DNA of 64,000 nucleotides from Sedimentisphaerales bacterium (GCA_040772485.1 JAXGYC010000008.1:320001-384000); one strand, 5' to 3'. Positions 38,213-48,702 are shown, numbered from the stretch's first letter. Made by a program: numbers and translations. Notes: generated by a model from the sequence alone, not told the origin.

Positions 38213-40563
38213 GGGCCAATGCGCAATTCGGCAAACAAGGGACGATGGTCCGACGCGGTGCGCGCCAGGTAGTCGCTGCCCACGTCGACCGCCACAACCT
38301 GGATCTGTGGACTGATGAAAATGTGGTCGATTCTTGCGAAAGGGACGTGGCCGAACCAGGTCCCTCGCGGGGTATGAGCGGCCGCAGCGACTTGGGCGTC
38401 TCGAAGGGTTTCCACGCAGAGTCTCCAGATGGGCGATCGCGGAGACGCATTGAAGTCGCCGCAGAAAACAAAGGGTTCCGCCTGCCCGTTGCCTCCGATC
38501 CAGTCGGAACCGAGCAGGGCTTCGATCTGCATGCGTTTCTCGCCGGCAGTCAGGCCCAGGTGGGTGTTGACGAGGTGGACGGTCGCTCCGCCCACCTCCA
38601 GGGCGACCCACAAGGCCCCGCGCGGCTCGACGAAGGAGCCGGCGGCGGGCATGGGAAGGGCCGCCGCCTTGACCAGCCGCATCGGGAGCCGGCTGAGAAC
38701 GCAGTCGCCGTACGCCTCTTCTGCGATCCGCATCGCCGGGTGAAAATGGTACTCCATCTCCAGGCAGCGCGCGATCAGCTCGGCCTGGTCGGCGTGCCCG
38801 GTCCGCAGGCGACCCACATCGACCTCCTGGAGCGCCACGACGTCCGGCCGATATCGCGAGATGACCCGGGCGATGCGATGGGGAGAGAGCTTGCCGTCGA
38901 TCCCGATGCAGGTGTGGACGTTGTAGGTTACCACGCGCAGCGTCCGCTCCCTCGCGACGGGCTCAGCGGCAAGCGCCCGCTCAGCCGCCGCACGGCCCAG
39001 ATGAATCAGGGCCGCCTGCCGCAGACTCAGCGGCCGCGGATACCCCTGCTTTCGACACGGCAGCGGAGCATCGTCCGGCGCCAGCAGAAACGCGTGCGTC
39101 TCCTCCAGGCCGGGCCCGGCGTGCGAGCCGCCCTCCAGCGGAAACGTGAGACTGCGTCCCGTCCGCGTCCAGCCTGAGATGACGAAGTCCCCTGCGTCCG
39201 GATGGTGACACAGTGCGATCAGGTCCTCCGTCACTTCCTCCAGGAACGGATGATCGGCCGGCAGCAGAGAACCCGCCTCCTCCGGCAGGCGGAACGATCC
39301 TTCTTTCGTCCACACCCGTGCCTTGCCCGGCCCGTCAGCGGTCAGGACCAGAGGAATCTCCGCGCGATCCACCAGCGCCCGTGCCAGATCAGAACGCCGC
39401 TCCGGCCCGATGGGTTCGCCGAGATAGACGTGCCCCACCGGTCCCATGGAGGTGACGACGACTTTGTCCCTCTCGGCGGACGGCGCCTGATTCGCCGGGT
39501 GTCTCATGTATGCACCGAGACGCTTGGACTGGACGCCGCGATTGTCCGCCAGCGGCGCGATCGCCGTGTCGAGGACCTCCGCCACCACCTCCTGCACGCT
39601 GCGCCCCTGCTCGCGGGCATAGGACCGCGTCTCTTCGTTGCCGTGATCGGAGAAGATCCACACATCGTAGTCGCGCCGCGGGGACCGTTGCGCCGCCTTC
39701 CAGATTCGGGCGATCGCGCCGTCGATCCCCTTGAGCGACCAGTGCGCGAATCGCGACGTCGGGCCGCGACGATGGCTCTGCTCGTCGTAACCGACGAAAT
39801 CGACATAGACGATCGGCAGCCCGCGCGTCACGTCCATCTTGGCTCCGATGGCGGCCAGCTCGCGCATCAGGATGCAGACCCCCGCGCGGGACGGAACGAA
39901 CTTGATTTCCTTCCACAGGTCGCGACCAGCGATGAGTCCGCGCAGGCAATCCACCAGCGCCAGGAAGAACTCCACCACGAGGAGCACCCCGGTGCGAAGC
40001 GCGCTGTAGAGGTTCAGCAACACCAGCAGGGCCACGCGCAGCGGATGGCCGAGTCTGAACAGGTCGCTCCAGTCCATGGAGGCGGCGCACAGATGGCTCT
40101 CGGCAGCGCCCCCGGTGTAGATCGAGGCATAGGCGCTGCCTCCGGCGAGCAACGGCTCGCCCTGCTGCTTCAGACGCTGCTCGACCGCTCTGGCGGAATC
40201 GGGCTCGAACATCCGACAGACGCGGCCGGTCGCGCGGTCGAAGAAGCTGAACGCCGGAACCGCCCCCTTGACGCCGTACAGCAGCTCGGCCGTCACCGCC
40301 GGCGTGCTCGAAGGCAGGCCGCTGTACAGCGAGTCGAGACGGTACTTGTGCTTCTGCATCAACTGCCGCAGAAAAGGCAGATTCCCCCGGGCCATCGCCC
40401 GCTCCAGTTGCCGACGGCTGAGCCCGTCGATCTGGATCAGCACAAGCCCCCGCGACGAGGGCACATCCTTCGACTTCGGCAGCCCCAGCAGCCGGACCAG
40501 CAGCTCGCTGCGGCTGAGCCGATGTCGCGACCTCCTGACGAACGTTTCCACGAAATTCAGCAT
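38209..40563 (-). CDS. Fusion: alkaline-phosphatase-superfamily (NPP-like) domain + endonuclease/exonuclease/phosphatase domain
   Basis: IQIDGLS, PSST, YDEQSH, FSDHG, GSHAG; then TYNVH, LQEVD, NTHL, GDFNA, IDHIF, SDHRP. Confidence 0.88.
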   Translation of the reverse strand: MLNFVETFVRRSRHRLSRSELLVRLLGLPKSKDVPSSRGLVLIQIDGLSRRQLERAMARGNLPFLRQLMQKHKYRLDSLYSGLPSSTPAVTAELLYGVKGAVPAFSFFDRATGRVCRMFEPDSARAVEQRLKQQGEPLLAGGSAYASIYTGGAAESHLCAASMDWSDLFRLGHPLRVALLVLLNLYSALRTGVLLVVEFFLALVDCLRGLIAGRDLWKEIKFVPSRAGVCILMRELAAIGAKMDVTRGLPIVYVDFVGYDEQSHRRGPTSRFAHWSLKGIDGAIARIWKAAQRSPRRDYDVWIFSDHGNEETRSYAREQGRSVQEVVAEVLDTAIAPLADNRGVQSKRLGAYMRHPANQAPSAERDKVVVTSMGPVGHVYLGEPIGPERRSDLARALVDRAEIPLVLTADGPGKARVWTKEGSFRLPEEAGSLLPADHPFLEEVTEDLIALCHHPDAGDFVISGWTRTGRSLTFPLEGGSHAGPGLEETHAFLLAPDDAPLPCRKQGYPRPLSLRQAALIHLGRAAAERALAAEPVARERTLRVVTYNVHTCIGIDGKLSPHRIARVISRYRPDVVALQEVDVGRLRTGHADQAELIARCLEMEYHFHPAMRIAEEAYGDCVLSRLPMRLVKAAALPMPAAGSFVEPRGALWVALEVGGATVHLVNTHLGLTAGEKRMQIEALLGSDWIGGNGQAEPFVFCGDFNASPRSPIWRLCVETLRDAQVAAAAHTPRGTWFGHVPFARIDHIFISPQIQVVAVDVGSDYLARTASDHRPLFAELRIGP

Positions 40564-40591
40564 GCGATCTCACGGGCTGGACGCCGCGCGT

Positions 40592-41848
40592 CTACCGAAA
40601 GGTGTGACTGGCCGCTTCGGCGATGTTTTTGAGCAGCTCCCACTCGGCCTTGATCTCCTCGATCGCGCCGCCCCAGGCGCTCTCGTCCTTTGACTCGCGC
40701 CCCTCGCGAGCCAGCACCTTCTCATAGACCTCCACCAGCCGCTGCGCGGACTTGCCCATCGTGAACTCGGCGGCGGTCGCCCGGGCTGCCTGCCTGTAGG
40801 CGTTCTTCTCTTCGCGCGTCGCTTGGGCGATCCCTTCGAGGGCCTCGGCAAACGCCCTCGCGTCCTCCGAACGGATGAGCCGGCCGTTCTCCCGATCCCT
40901 GACCACCTCGCGGACGCCGGGCGCGTCGATCGCCACCACCGGCCGACCGGCCGCCATCGCCTCCGTCAGCACCATCCCCTGCGTTTCCGTGTGCGAGGCA
41001 AAGACGAACACATCCATCGCGTGATAGGCGTCGATCAGCGCCTGTCCCTCCAGCGAGCCGACGAGGCGCAGCCGGTCGGAGTTCCTCTGGCGGTCGAAGA
41101 CCTCGCGCACATTCTGCTCGGACGGGCCCGACCCGACAACCAGAAAATGGCCGTCTACGACCCGCGCGACAAACCGCCCGACCGCCTCGGCCAGGAACGA
41201 GAGGTTCTTCTCCGGCGCCAGACGGCCCACGTATCCGGCGACAAAGGCCTGCTCGGGAATCCCCCGGAGTCGCCGGAAGGCGCGCCCGTCGCCGCGCTCG
41301 AATCGCTCGGCATACACGCCCGTCGGGACGATGTCGATGGGCGCCTCGACGCCGCGTGCCTGAATGATGTCGGCAACCGATCCGCTCGGCGCGATGACGT
41401 GATCGCACAGATTGCAGTATCCGGTCACGAAGTTGATCACGAACTGGTGCAACCGCTTGGCGTGCGCCGGCACATAGTGCAGATAGTGCTCGTACATGGT
41501 GTGGTAGGTGAACACCAACGGGCACTCGAAGCGACTGGCGATGCGAACGGCGGTGCCTCCGAGCAGATGCGGGTGGTGGGAATGAACGATGTCCGGCTTG
41601 AATTCCTCCAGGCGGGTGGAAAGGTATCCCGGAACCGGCAACACCAGCGAGAAATCGCTGCCGTTGAAATGCTGGATCGCCGGAATGCGGATCACATCCT
41701 CCTCCGATTCGGGCGCGCCCTCGAACTGCGGCGCGACGACCACCACCCGATGGCCCATCTTTCGCAGCTCGTCGGTAAACGCCGTGACCGACCGCGACAC
41801 GCCTCCGACGAAGGGAGTGAACGTGTTGGTCATCATCAAGACATTCAT
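40592..41848 (-). CDS. Glycosyltransferase family 4 (MGDG-synthase-like)
   Basis: GGVSRSV, HSHHP, TYHTMY, GRLAPEKN, ETQGMVLTEAMAAG. Confidence 0.92.
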   Translation of the reverse strand: MNVLMMTNTFTPFVGGVSRSVTAFTDELRKMGHRVVVVAPQFEGAPESEEDVIRIPAIQHFNGSDFSLVLPVPGYLSTRLEEFKPDIVHSHHPHLLGGTAVRIASRFECPLVFTYHTMYEHYLHYVPAHAKRLHQFVINFVTGYCNLCDHVIAPSGSVADIIQARGVEAPIDIVPTGVYAERFERGDGRAFRRLRGIPEQAFVAGYVGRLAPEKNLSFLAEAVGRFVARVVDGHFLVVGSGPSEQNVREVFDRQRNSDRLRLVGSLEGQALIDAYHAMDVFVFASHTETQGMVLTEAMAAGRPVVAIDAPGVREVVRDRENGRLIRSEDARAFAEALEGIAQATREEKNAYRQAARATAAEFTMGKSAQRLVEVYEKVLAREGRESKDESAWGGAIEEIKAEWELLKNIAEAASHTFR

Positions 41849-42051
41849 GCCGGACTGTCTCCAACGTCCCAGACATCGAGTCCCAGCCCCGCGACTCTTG
41901 GGATCAGGCCCCGCGCGGGTTTCCGCTTCGCCCTCGCCCAATATCCCCTGTCAGTACGTCACGGCAGCCGGGCAGGTTCTCGCATCCGTCGGCAGCCATC
42001 CCCCAGCGTCCAGGAACGGCCGACGGTGTGTGTGAGAACATTTGGGCATGC

Positions 42052-42170
42052 GTGTGGCAGCCTCAAACGCGTAGCGTTTGGGGATGGTGGGCTCAGCCGC
42101 TCCTCAAGTACCAGAAGCCTGCCGATGCGAAGAACCATCCCCAAGTCCTGCGGACTTGAGGCTGCCACGC
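42052..42170. repeat. Inverted doublet of GTGGCAGC...GATGG repeat family
   Basis: gtgtggcagcctcaaacgc…gcgtttggggatgg / ccatccccaagtc…gacttgaggctgccacgc. Confidence 0.75.
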
Positions 42171-42240
42171 ACCCCTCTGCGCCTGAAATGGACACGGCCT
42201 GAAACCTGCCCAGGCGGCCGACGGGCGGTCCTGATAACGG

Positions 42241-42269
42241 TTGACATTGCGCGGCGAGCCTCGTAAGAT
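42241..42269 (+). promoter_or_regulatory. Sigma70-like promoter of the response regulator
   Basis: TTGACA-17 bp-TAAGAT. Confidence 0.65.
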
Positions 42270-42347
42270 GCCTTCCACGCAGTGCGGGCCGCAACGAAGA
42301 ATGGAAGGCCACAACAGGTCCAAAGAGCGAGCAGGGAGCGGCAGCAG

Positions 42348-43001
42348 ATGAAGATTCGCATTATTCTGGCGGACGATCATGCCATTGTCCGGCAAGGGCT
42401 CAGCCGGGCGATCGACCAGGAAGACGATATGGAGGTGATCGGGCAGGCCTCGAACGGCCGCGCGACGATCGACCTGGTCCGCCAGTTGGCACCGGACATC
42501 CTGATCACCGACATCAGCATGCCCGACCTGAACGGCGTCGAGGCAACCCGCCAGGTGCTCCGCGAATGCCCGGCGGTCAAGGTCATTGCCCTGTCCATGC
42601 ACTCGTCGCGGCAGTTCGTCATGGAAATGTTCCGGGCCGGAGCGATGGGATATCTGCTGAAGGACTGCGACTACGACGAGCTGGTCAAGGCGATACACAC
42701 CGTGGCCGAGGGCAAGGTCTACGTCAGCCCGTCGATCGGAGACGTGATCGTCGAGGATCTGCTGAACGGCCGCCAGGCGGGCGCCCCCACGGCGTTTTCC
42801 CTGCTGACCCCGCGCGAGCGCGAGGTGCTCCAGCTCATGGCCGAGGGCAATACCACGCGACAGATCGCCCGCCGGCTCTACATCAGCCCCAAAACGGTCG
42901 AAGCCCATCGGCTGCGCGTCATGAACAAGCTCGACATCGACAACGTGGCCCAACTGACCAAGTACGCCATCCAGGAGGGGCTCACCAGTCCCGAGATCTG
43001 A
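42348..43001 (+). CDS. NarL/LuxR family response regulator (no kinase in window)
   Basis: LADDH, TDISMP, GYLLK, LTPREREVL, SPKTVE. Confidence 0.95.
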   Translation: MKIRIILADDHAIVRQGLSRAIDQEDDMEVIGQASNGRATIDLVRQLAPDILITDISMPDLNGVEATRQVLRECPAVKVIALSMHSSRQFVMEMFRAGAMGYLLKDCDYDELVKAIHTVAEGKVYVSPSIGDVIVEDLLNGRQAGAPTAFSLLTPREREVLQLMAEGNTTRQIARRLYISPKTVEAHRLRVMNKLDIDNVAQLTKYAIQEGLTSPEI

Positions 43002-43005
43002 TCCA

Positions 43006-43044
43006 GTTCGTAGTGTGCTCGTAAGAGCATGCTCTGGGCCGAAC
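43006..43044 (+). repeat. GTTCGTAGTGTGCTC REP
   Basis: gttcgtagtgtgctcgtaagagcatgc. Confidence 0.75.
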
Positions 43045-43164
43045 GTGTAACGTTCGACGACAGCGAGCGTCCTTGATACGGCGGCGCCAAGGGGATATAG
43101 TCTCGGAGCGCCGACGCCGCTGGGGCGCCCGCCGTAAGAAAGGTCGCACAAGAAGGATTGATCG

Positions 43165-45399
43165 TTGAACCAGGAACACATCGCACGCATCGCCTCGGAG
43201 CTGTCTCTGAGGCCGGGCCAAGTGACCGCAACCGCCGGCCTGCTGGAGGAAGGGGCCACCGTTCCGTTCATTTCACGCTACCGCAAGGAGGCGACAGGCA
43301 GTCTCGATGAGGTCGCCGTGACGGCGATCCGCGACCGGCTCGGGCAATTGAAGGACCTCGACGACCGGCGCGACACCATCCTCAAGTCGCTGACCGAGCG
43401 CGGATTGCTGACCGAGGAGCTGACGAAGGACATCCTCCAGGCCGAGACCATGGCCTCGCTGGAGGACATCTATCTGCCGTTCAAGCCCAAGCGCCGAACG
43501 CGGGCGACCATCGCCAAAGAAAAGGGCCTCGAGCCGCTGGCCGAATTGATCTACGCCCAGGACCCGGCCGTGGAGCCGGGCGTCGAGGCCGAGGCCTTCG
43601 TCGACCCCGCCAAGGGGGTCGAATCGGCCGACGAGGCGCTGGCGGGAGCCAGGGACATCATCGCCGAGTGGATCAACGAGGACTCCCAGACCCGGGCGCA
43701 GATGCGCGAGCTGTTCGGCGGCAAAGGCGTGCTGAAATCGCAGGTCGTGCCGGGCAAGGAGGAAGAAGGCCGCAAGTACGAGGACTACTTCGAGTGGGCT
43801 GAATCGGTCGCCAAGGCGCCGTCGCACCGGATTCTGGCCATGCGAAGGGGCCGGCGAGAAGAATTCCTGCGGCTCCAGGTGGTCGCGCCCGAAGAGCAGG
43901 CGCACCGGATTCTCGAAGAGTTGTTCATCAAAGGCAACTCCAAGAGCACGGCCCTCGTCCGCGAGGCCCTGGTCGACAGCTACAAGAGGCTGCTGGCGCC
44001 CTCGATGGAGACAGAAATCCTCGCGTCCGCCAAGATGCGAGCGGATCAGGAGGCGATCCGCGTCTTCGCCGAGAATCTGCGCCAGTTGCTGCTGGCGCCT
44101 CCGCTGGGCCGCAAGAACGTCCTGGCGGTCGATCCCGGCTTTCGCACGGGCTGCAAGGTCGTCTGCCTGGACCGGCAGGGTCAGTTGAAGCATTCCGACG
44201 TGATCTATCCGCACACGGGCGATGCCCGTGCGGCCGCCGACGCCGTGAAGTTCGCGGCGCTGTGCGAGAAGTTCGACATCGAGGTGATCGCCATCGGCAA
44301 CGGAACCGCCAGCCGCGAGACCGAGAGCTACATCCGCAACATCCAGCTCGCCCGCAGCACGCCCATCGTCATGGTCAACGAAAGCGGCGCGTCGATCTAC
44401 TCGGCCTCCGACGTCGCCCGCGAGGAGTTCCCCGACCAGGACGTGACGGTGCGCGGCGCCGTGTCCATCGGACGACGCCTGATGGACCCGCTCGCAGAAC
44501 TGGTCAAGATCGATCCCAAATCGATCGGCGTCGGACAGTACCAGCACGACGTGGACCAGCCCCTGCTCAAGCAGGGCCTCGACGACGTGGTCGTCAGTTG
44601 CGTCAACAACGTCGGCGTCGAGGTGAACACCGCCAGCAAGCAGTTGCTCCAGTACGTCTCGGGCCTCGGCCCGCAACTGGCCCAGAACATCGTCAGCTTC
44701 CGCAACGAGAACGGGCCGTTCGAGTCGCGCGTGGCGCTGAAGAAGGTGCCGCGCCTGGGCGAGAAGGCGTTCGAGCAGGCGGCCGGCTTCCTGCGGATCC
44801 GCGACGCCGCCAATCCGCTCGACGCCAGCGCGGTGCATCCGGAGAGCTATGGCATCGTCGACGCGATGGCCTCCGACCTGGGCTGCTCCGTGGCGACCCT
44901 GATGAAGGACAGTTCGATTCGGACGAAGATTCGCCTGCAGAACTACGTCACCGAGACGGTGGGCCTGCCCACGCTGAACGACATCATGGCGGAGCTGACC
45001 AAGCCGGGCCGCGACCCCCGCCGGCAGTTCGAGATCTTTCACTTCGCCGACGGAATCAACAAGATCGAGGACGTCCAGGCCGGGATGCGTCTGCCCGGCA
45101 TTGTCACCAACGTCACCGCCTTCGGCGCCTTCGTCGACATCGGCGTCCACCAGGACGGCCTCGTGCATGTCAGCCAACTGGCCGACCGCTTCGTCAAGGA
45201 CCCGAACGAGGTTGTGAAAGTGCAGCAGAAGGTCATGGTCACGGTTCTGGACGTCGACCTGGCCAAACAGCGGATCAGCCTGTCGATGAAAGACCCGTCC
45301 AAGGCGGGCCGCAAGCCCGATCGCGGCCGCAGCGAAGCCCGCGAACACGCGCCCCCGCGCGGGCGTACAACCCAGGGGTGGTTCCCAAACATCGCATAG
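43165..45399 (+). CDS. tex: Tex family RNA-binding transcription accessory protein
   Basis: TVPFISRYRKE, DPGFRTGCK, GNGTASRET, IGVGQYQHDV, C-terminal S1 domain. Confidence 0.96.
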   Translation: MNQEHIARIASELSLRPGQVTATAGLLEEGATVPFISRYRKEATGSLDEVAVTAIRDRLGQLKDLDDRRDTILKSLTERGLLTEELTKDILQAETMASLEDIYLPFKPKRRTRATIAKEKGLEPLAELIYAQDPAVEPGVEAEAFVDPAKGVESADEALAGARDIIAEWINEDSQTRAQMRELFGGKGVLKSQVVPGKEEEGRKYEDYFEWAESVAKAPSHRILAMRRGRREEFLRLQVVAPEEQAHRILEELFIKGNSKSTALVREALVDSYKRLLAPSMETEILASAKMRADQEAIRVFAENLRQLLLAPPLGRKNVLAVDPGFRTGCKVVCLDRQGQLKHSDVIYPHTGDARAAADAVKFAALCEKFDIEVIAIGNGTASRETESYIRNIQLARSTPIVMVNESGASIYSASDVAREEFPDQDVTVRGAVSIGRRLMDPLAELVKIDPKSIGVGQYQHDVDQPLLKQGLDDVVVSCVNNVGVEVNTASKQLLQYVSGLGPQLAQNIVSFRNENGPFESRVALKKVPRLGEKAFEQAAGFLRIRDAANPLDASAVHPESYGIVDAMASDLGCSVATLMKDSSIRTKIRLQNYVTETVGLPTLNDIMAELTKPGRDPRRQFEIFHFADGINKIEDVQAGMRLPGIVTNVTAFGAFVDIGVHQDGLVHVSQLADRFVKDPNEVVKVQQKVMVTVLDVDLAKQRISLSMKDPSKAGRKPDRGRSEAREHAPPRGRTTQGWFPNIA

Positions 45400-45422
45400 T
45401 AGGGGCGAATAACCATTCGCCC
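45399..45422 (+). repeat. GTAG REP immediately after the tex stop
   Basis: gtaggggcgaataaccattcgccc. Confidence 0.75.
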
Positions 45423-45438
45423 GATACCCAATAAGAAT

Positions 45439-46284
45439 ATGATCGAACGACAGGAACTGATCGACGACCATCACGACATCCTCACCCATCGGGCCAGGAG
45501 GAACGTGATCTACATCCTGACGCTCGATCCGATACTCGGGACCGATGTCACCGAGCGAATCGGCGCCGATGAAAGGCTCAAGGGCTACGAGATCATCCAG
45601 CCCAGCGCCGGGACGATTCGCGACACCGTCGAGACGATGGAGCGGGCGGCGCAGGACACCACCCACGCTCGGCTGTTGATCTTCGACGTCCGGCGGGCCG
45701 GCCTGCCCATGCTGCGCAAGGTCCATCGTGACATCGTCGGCTTCAACCGCAAGGACTTCAACAAGCTCTGCTTCAGCATCCTCATCGGCGACGGGCCGCC
45801 CATGCTGTATCAGAACGGGCGCGGGCTGGACGTCTTCACGATCTACCTCGGCGCGCACCGCGTCGATTACCATCCGGCCGTCTTCTTTTACGATCCGCTG
45901 CTGCACTACGAACCCAGCGAGGTGCAGCTCCGCGCGATCGACGACGAGTTCACGCTGCGCGACGACGTGCCGAAGAGGCTCGCTCCGTACTTCCGCCAGG
46001 ACCGCGAGATGACGGTCGGGATGGTCCGGCGGTACTTCCGCGCCGTCGGCAAGCCCGATGACACTCGCGAGAAGAGAAGGCGGATGCTCAAGCGGCTCTA
46101 CCGAAAGCAGATCACCAAGCGGCTACCGGGATGCGCCGAACAGATCAAAGCGTGGCTGTCCCGCAAGGGCCTGCAACTGGCGACCGAAAAGATCAACCTG
46201 TACCCCATGCACTTCGAAGACTGGGTCTACAAACTCATGCACAAGGCCCAGCGCAACGCCGAGTCCACCGAGGATACGGCGTAA
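45439..46284 (+). CDS. Hypothetical cytoplasmic protein
   Basis: 281-aa ORF with strong host-like codon usage; no motif recognised. Confidence 0.75.
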   Translation: MIERQELIDDHHDILTHRARRNVIYILTLDPILGTDVTERIGADERLKGYEIIQPSAGTIRDTVETMERAAQDTTHARLLIFDVRRAGLPMLRKVHRDIVGFNRKDFNKLCFSILIGDGPPMLYQNGRGLDVFTIYLGAHRVDYHPAVFFYDPLLHYEPSEVQLRAIDDEFTLRDDVPKRLAPYFRQDREMTVGMVRRYFRAVGKPDDTREKRRRMLKRLYRKQITKRLPGCAEQIKAWLSRKGLQLATEKINLYPMHFEDWVYKLMHKAQRNAESTEDTA

Positions 46285-46321
46285 GAACGCCAGCATCACC
46301 CCATACAACCCGGATCAGCGC

Positions 46322-46432
46322 GTGGCAGCCTCATCCCGATGGACATCGGGATGGGGATGCCACCGCCTCTCGATACTCAAGCGGAAATCGTATCAGCCAT
46401 CCCCAAGCTCTTCGAGCTTGAGGCTGCCGCAC
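46322..46432. repeat. Inverted doublet of GTGGCAGC...GATGG repeat family
   Basis: gtggcagcctcatcccgat…atcgggatggggatg / ccatccccaagctc…gagcttgaggctgccgc. Confidence 0.75.
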
Positions 46433-46482
46433 ACATGCCCTTCGGCTGGAAGCAGTCAAATGGCAGATGCCGCCGGCCGTCC

Positions 46483-46510
46483 GTGGGGGCGAATGATTAT
46501 TCGCCCCTAC
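46483..46510 (-). repeat. GTAG REP
   Basis: gtgggggcgaatgattattcgcccctac. Confidence 0.8.
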
Positions 46511-46689
46511 CGCTTACGAAGGCCCGATCGCGACGGTTTCGCGCTTGACAAGACCGCCGGCAACGCGGACAATGGACATCAAAGCGATGCACCACGGACG
46601 ACGACACTGAAGCCGGCAGCGATGAGACTACGCTTGCCGATGTGGTGCGGCGTAAAAGCTCCTTTCCGGGCAAAAGGAGAACGCAGGCC

Positions 46690-47568
46690 ATGGCTGCGAC
46701 AGAGCAAGTCGAAGGCAAGCTGGCCTTCACACTGATCGAGTTGCTGGTGGTGATCGCCGTCCTCGCGATGCTGATGACGCTGCTGCTGCCGGCGTTGCAG
46801 CGGGCGCGGGCCGTGGTCTGCCAGGCCAACCTTCGCCAGTGGGGCACGTTCATGGCCGCATCGGCCAACGACAACGACGGAAGTTGCTGGTCCCCGGACT
46901 GGAAGAGCCCAGAGAGGATCTATCCCCCGACCTTCACCCGTAGCATGTGGGGGCTGTGGGAACTGGCCGGACGGGAGGAGGGCGAGAGCATCATCTGTTG
47001 TCCCACGGCTGCGAAGTTCGTCTATTCCGAGGAGGGAACCTGCGGCGGGACTTTCCTGGCCTGGAGCGGCGGGTCTCGTGGATATGTCGAGTGGACGCCT
47101 TATGGCTGCGGCGTATCCTATGGCAGCTACGGCCTCAGCGGCGTTGTGGGATCGTATTTTGCGCCCGACTCAGAGGAGTCTGACTCTCGTCCGGCGCCAA
47201 TCTGGCAAACGAACAACGTCCGAGGTCCGGACCGCGTCCCGTTGTTGCTCGACAGCGCTTCGATGTGGTGCACGTCGTACTGGGACCGCTTCGGACCTTC
47301 CGCCCCGGAATGCGACGCGATCCCGACGATCTCTGTCAGGGCATCGATGGCCTCGCTGTTCGGCTCAGGCAATCCCGAGTGCATCGATCGCCACGACGGC
47401 GCGGTGAACGCCCTGTTCATGGACTTCTCGGTCCGCCGGGTCGGCCTCAAGGAACTCTGGACACTCAAGTGGCATCGCCACTTCGACACCGCCGGACCCT
47501 GGACTCGTGCCGGCGGCGTCCAGCCCGAAGACTGGCCTGCCTGGATGCGCAAGTTCAAAGACTACTGA
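46690..47568 (+). CDS. Prepilin-type cleavage/methylation protein (H-X9-DG-like family)
   Basis: [49 protein letters not shown]. Confidence 0.9.
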   Translation: MAATEQVEGKLAFTLIELLVVIAVLAMLMTLLLPALQRARAVVCQANLRQWGTFMAASANDNDGSCWSPDWKSPERIYPPTFTRSMWGLWELAGREEGESIICCPTAAKFVYSEEGTCGGTFLAWSGGSRGYVEWTPYGCGVSYGSYGLSGVVGSYFAPDSEESDSRPAPIWQTNNVRGPDRVPLLLDSASMWCTSYWDRFGPSAPECDAIPTISVRASMASLFGSGNPECIDRHDGAVNALFMDFSVRRVGLKELWTLKWHRHFDTAGPWTRAGGVQPEDWPAWMRKFKDY

Positions 47569-47613
47569 CCGTATCTCGTATCTGGTCGCTCGTATCTCGC
47601 AGGAGCAGAGGCG

Positions 47614-48702
47614 ATGGTTGACAGCCCGATGAACACCTCGACTGTAGAGCGCGCTCGACCACGACCTTGTCATTCCGAGCCCATTCGGGTCCCTCAGGGC
47701 AGGCTACGCCGAGGAATCTGGCTGCGAATGGTGAGTGCGTCCGGTCTCTGGCCAGATGCTTCGACTTCGCTGCGCTCCGCTCAGCATGACAAAGAGGCAG
47801 AAGGCTCCGCTCGGGATGACAAACACAGGCGCAGCCTTGCTCGGGGTGACGGACACTGCTGGACGAAGCGGCTCCATGTCGGTCATCACGTCCATCCAAT
47901 CATCAATAGTCAATCATCAATAATCCATTCCAGAGCCTTCACACTGATCGAGTTGCTGGTGGTGATCTCGGTGGTGGCGATGCTGATCGCCCTGCTGCTG
48001 CCGGCGATCCAGAAGGCCCGGGGGCAGGCGCAGGCGGTAGTCTGCCAGGGGAATCTGCGCCAGGGCGGAATCGCGATGTTCGCGTTCATGACGGACGCCG
48101 AGGGGCAACTGGCGGACTTCGCCCAGAGCAAAGGGATGTCGGACCAAAGCGGAGAGGACTCGCGGCTCATGTGGCACCACCCGCCCTACGCGGAGTGTCC
48201 CGAACTGCTGCTGTGCCCCATGGCCCGGAAGGTCCTGCCGGAGACACCCTACGGTGCGGGTACGACGTTCTCGGCTTGGGACCACGGCGGGATGAGGGGC
48301 AGCTACGGCCAGAACTGTGCCGCCTTCGGCATGGGTTATCTGCCGGGTAAGGCCGGCCTCCACTATTACTCGTGGAATACCTGGCGACTCAAGGATGCCT
48401 CGAACGTCCCACTGATGGGCGACAGCATCCACTGGATGACGCTCGGACACCTGAGCCACTTCACTGAACCGCCGCCATATGAAGGCTACTACGGCGATGC
48501 CCTCACGCATTGGGCGATCAACCGCCACAGTGGCGGGGTCAACGTACTCTTCGCCGGCGGCGCCGTTCGAAAGGTGGGCGTCAAAGAAATCTGGACCCTG
48601 CGATGGTATCGGGACTTCAGCACGTCCGGACCGTGGACGAAGGCCGGTGGCGTGGAACGTGAGGACTGGCCCGCCTGGATGCAGAAGTTCAAGGACTACT
48701 GA
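47614..48702 (+). CDS. Prepilin-type protein paralogue with a repeat-derived 108-aa N-terminal leader
   Basis: AGGAG RBS at 47601; A|FTLIELL at residue 109; [14 protein letters not shown]-terminus similar to upstream paralogue. Confidence 0.85.
   Translation: MVDSPMNTSTVERARPRPCHSEPIRVPQGRLRRGIWLRMVSASGLWPDASTSLRSAQHDKEAEGSARDDKHRRSLARGDGHCWTKRLHVGHHVHPIINSQSSIIHSRAFTLIELLVVISVVAMLIALLLPAIQKARGQAQAVVCQGNLRQGGIAMFAFMTDAEGQLADFAQSKGMSDQSGEDSRLMWHHPPYAECPELLLCPMARKVLPETPYGAGTTFSAWDHGGMRGSYGQNCAAFGMGYLPGKAGLHYYSWNTWRLKDASNVPLMGDSIHWMTLGHLSHFTEPPPYEGYYGDALTHWAINRHSGGVNVLFAGGAVRKVGVKEIWTLRWYRDFSTSGPWTKAGGVEREDWPAWMQKFKDY
47668..47850. repeat. TGTCATTCCGAGC...GCTCAGCATGACA palindromic element with triplicated right arm, in frame within a CDS
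   Basis: Left arm 47668; right-arm copies at 47779, 47809 and 47839 (30-nt period). Confidence 0.75.

Noticed and set aside
43273..45906. Long antisense ORFs (877 aa here; also 924-2501, 3343-5184, 21945-23942, 10560-12017)
   Set aside because: Shadow ORFs opposite well-supported genes, typical of high-GC codon usage.
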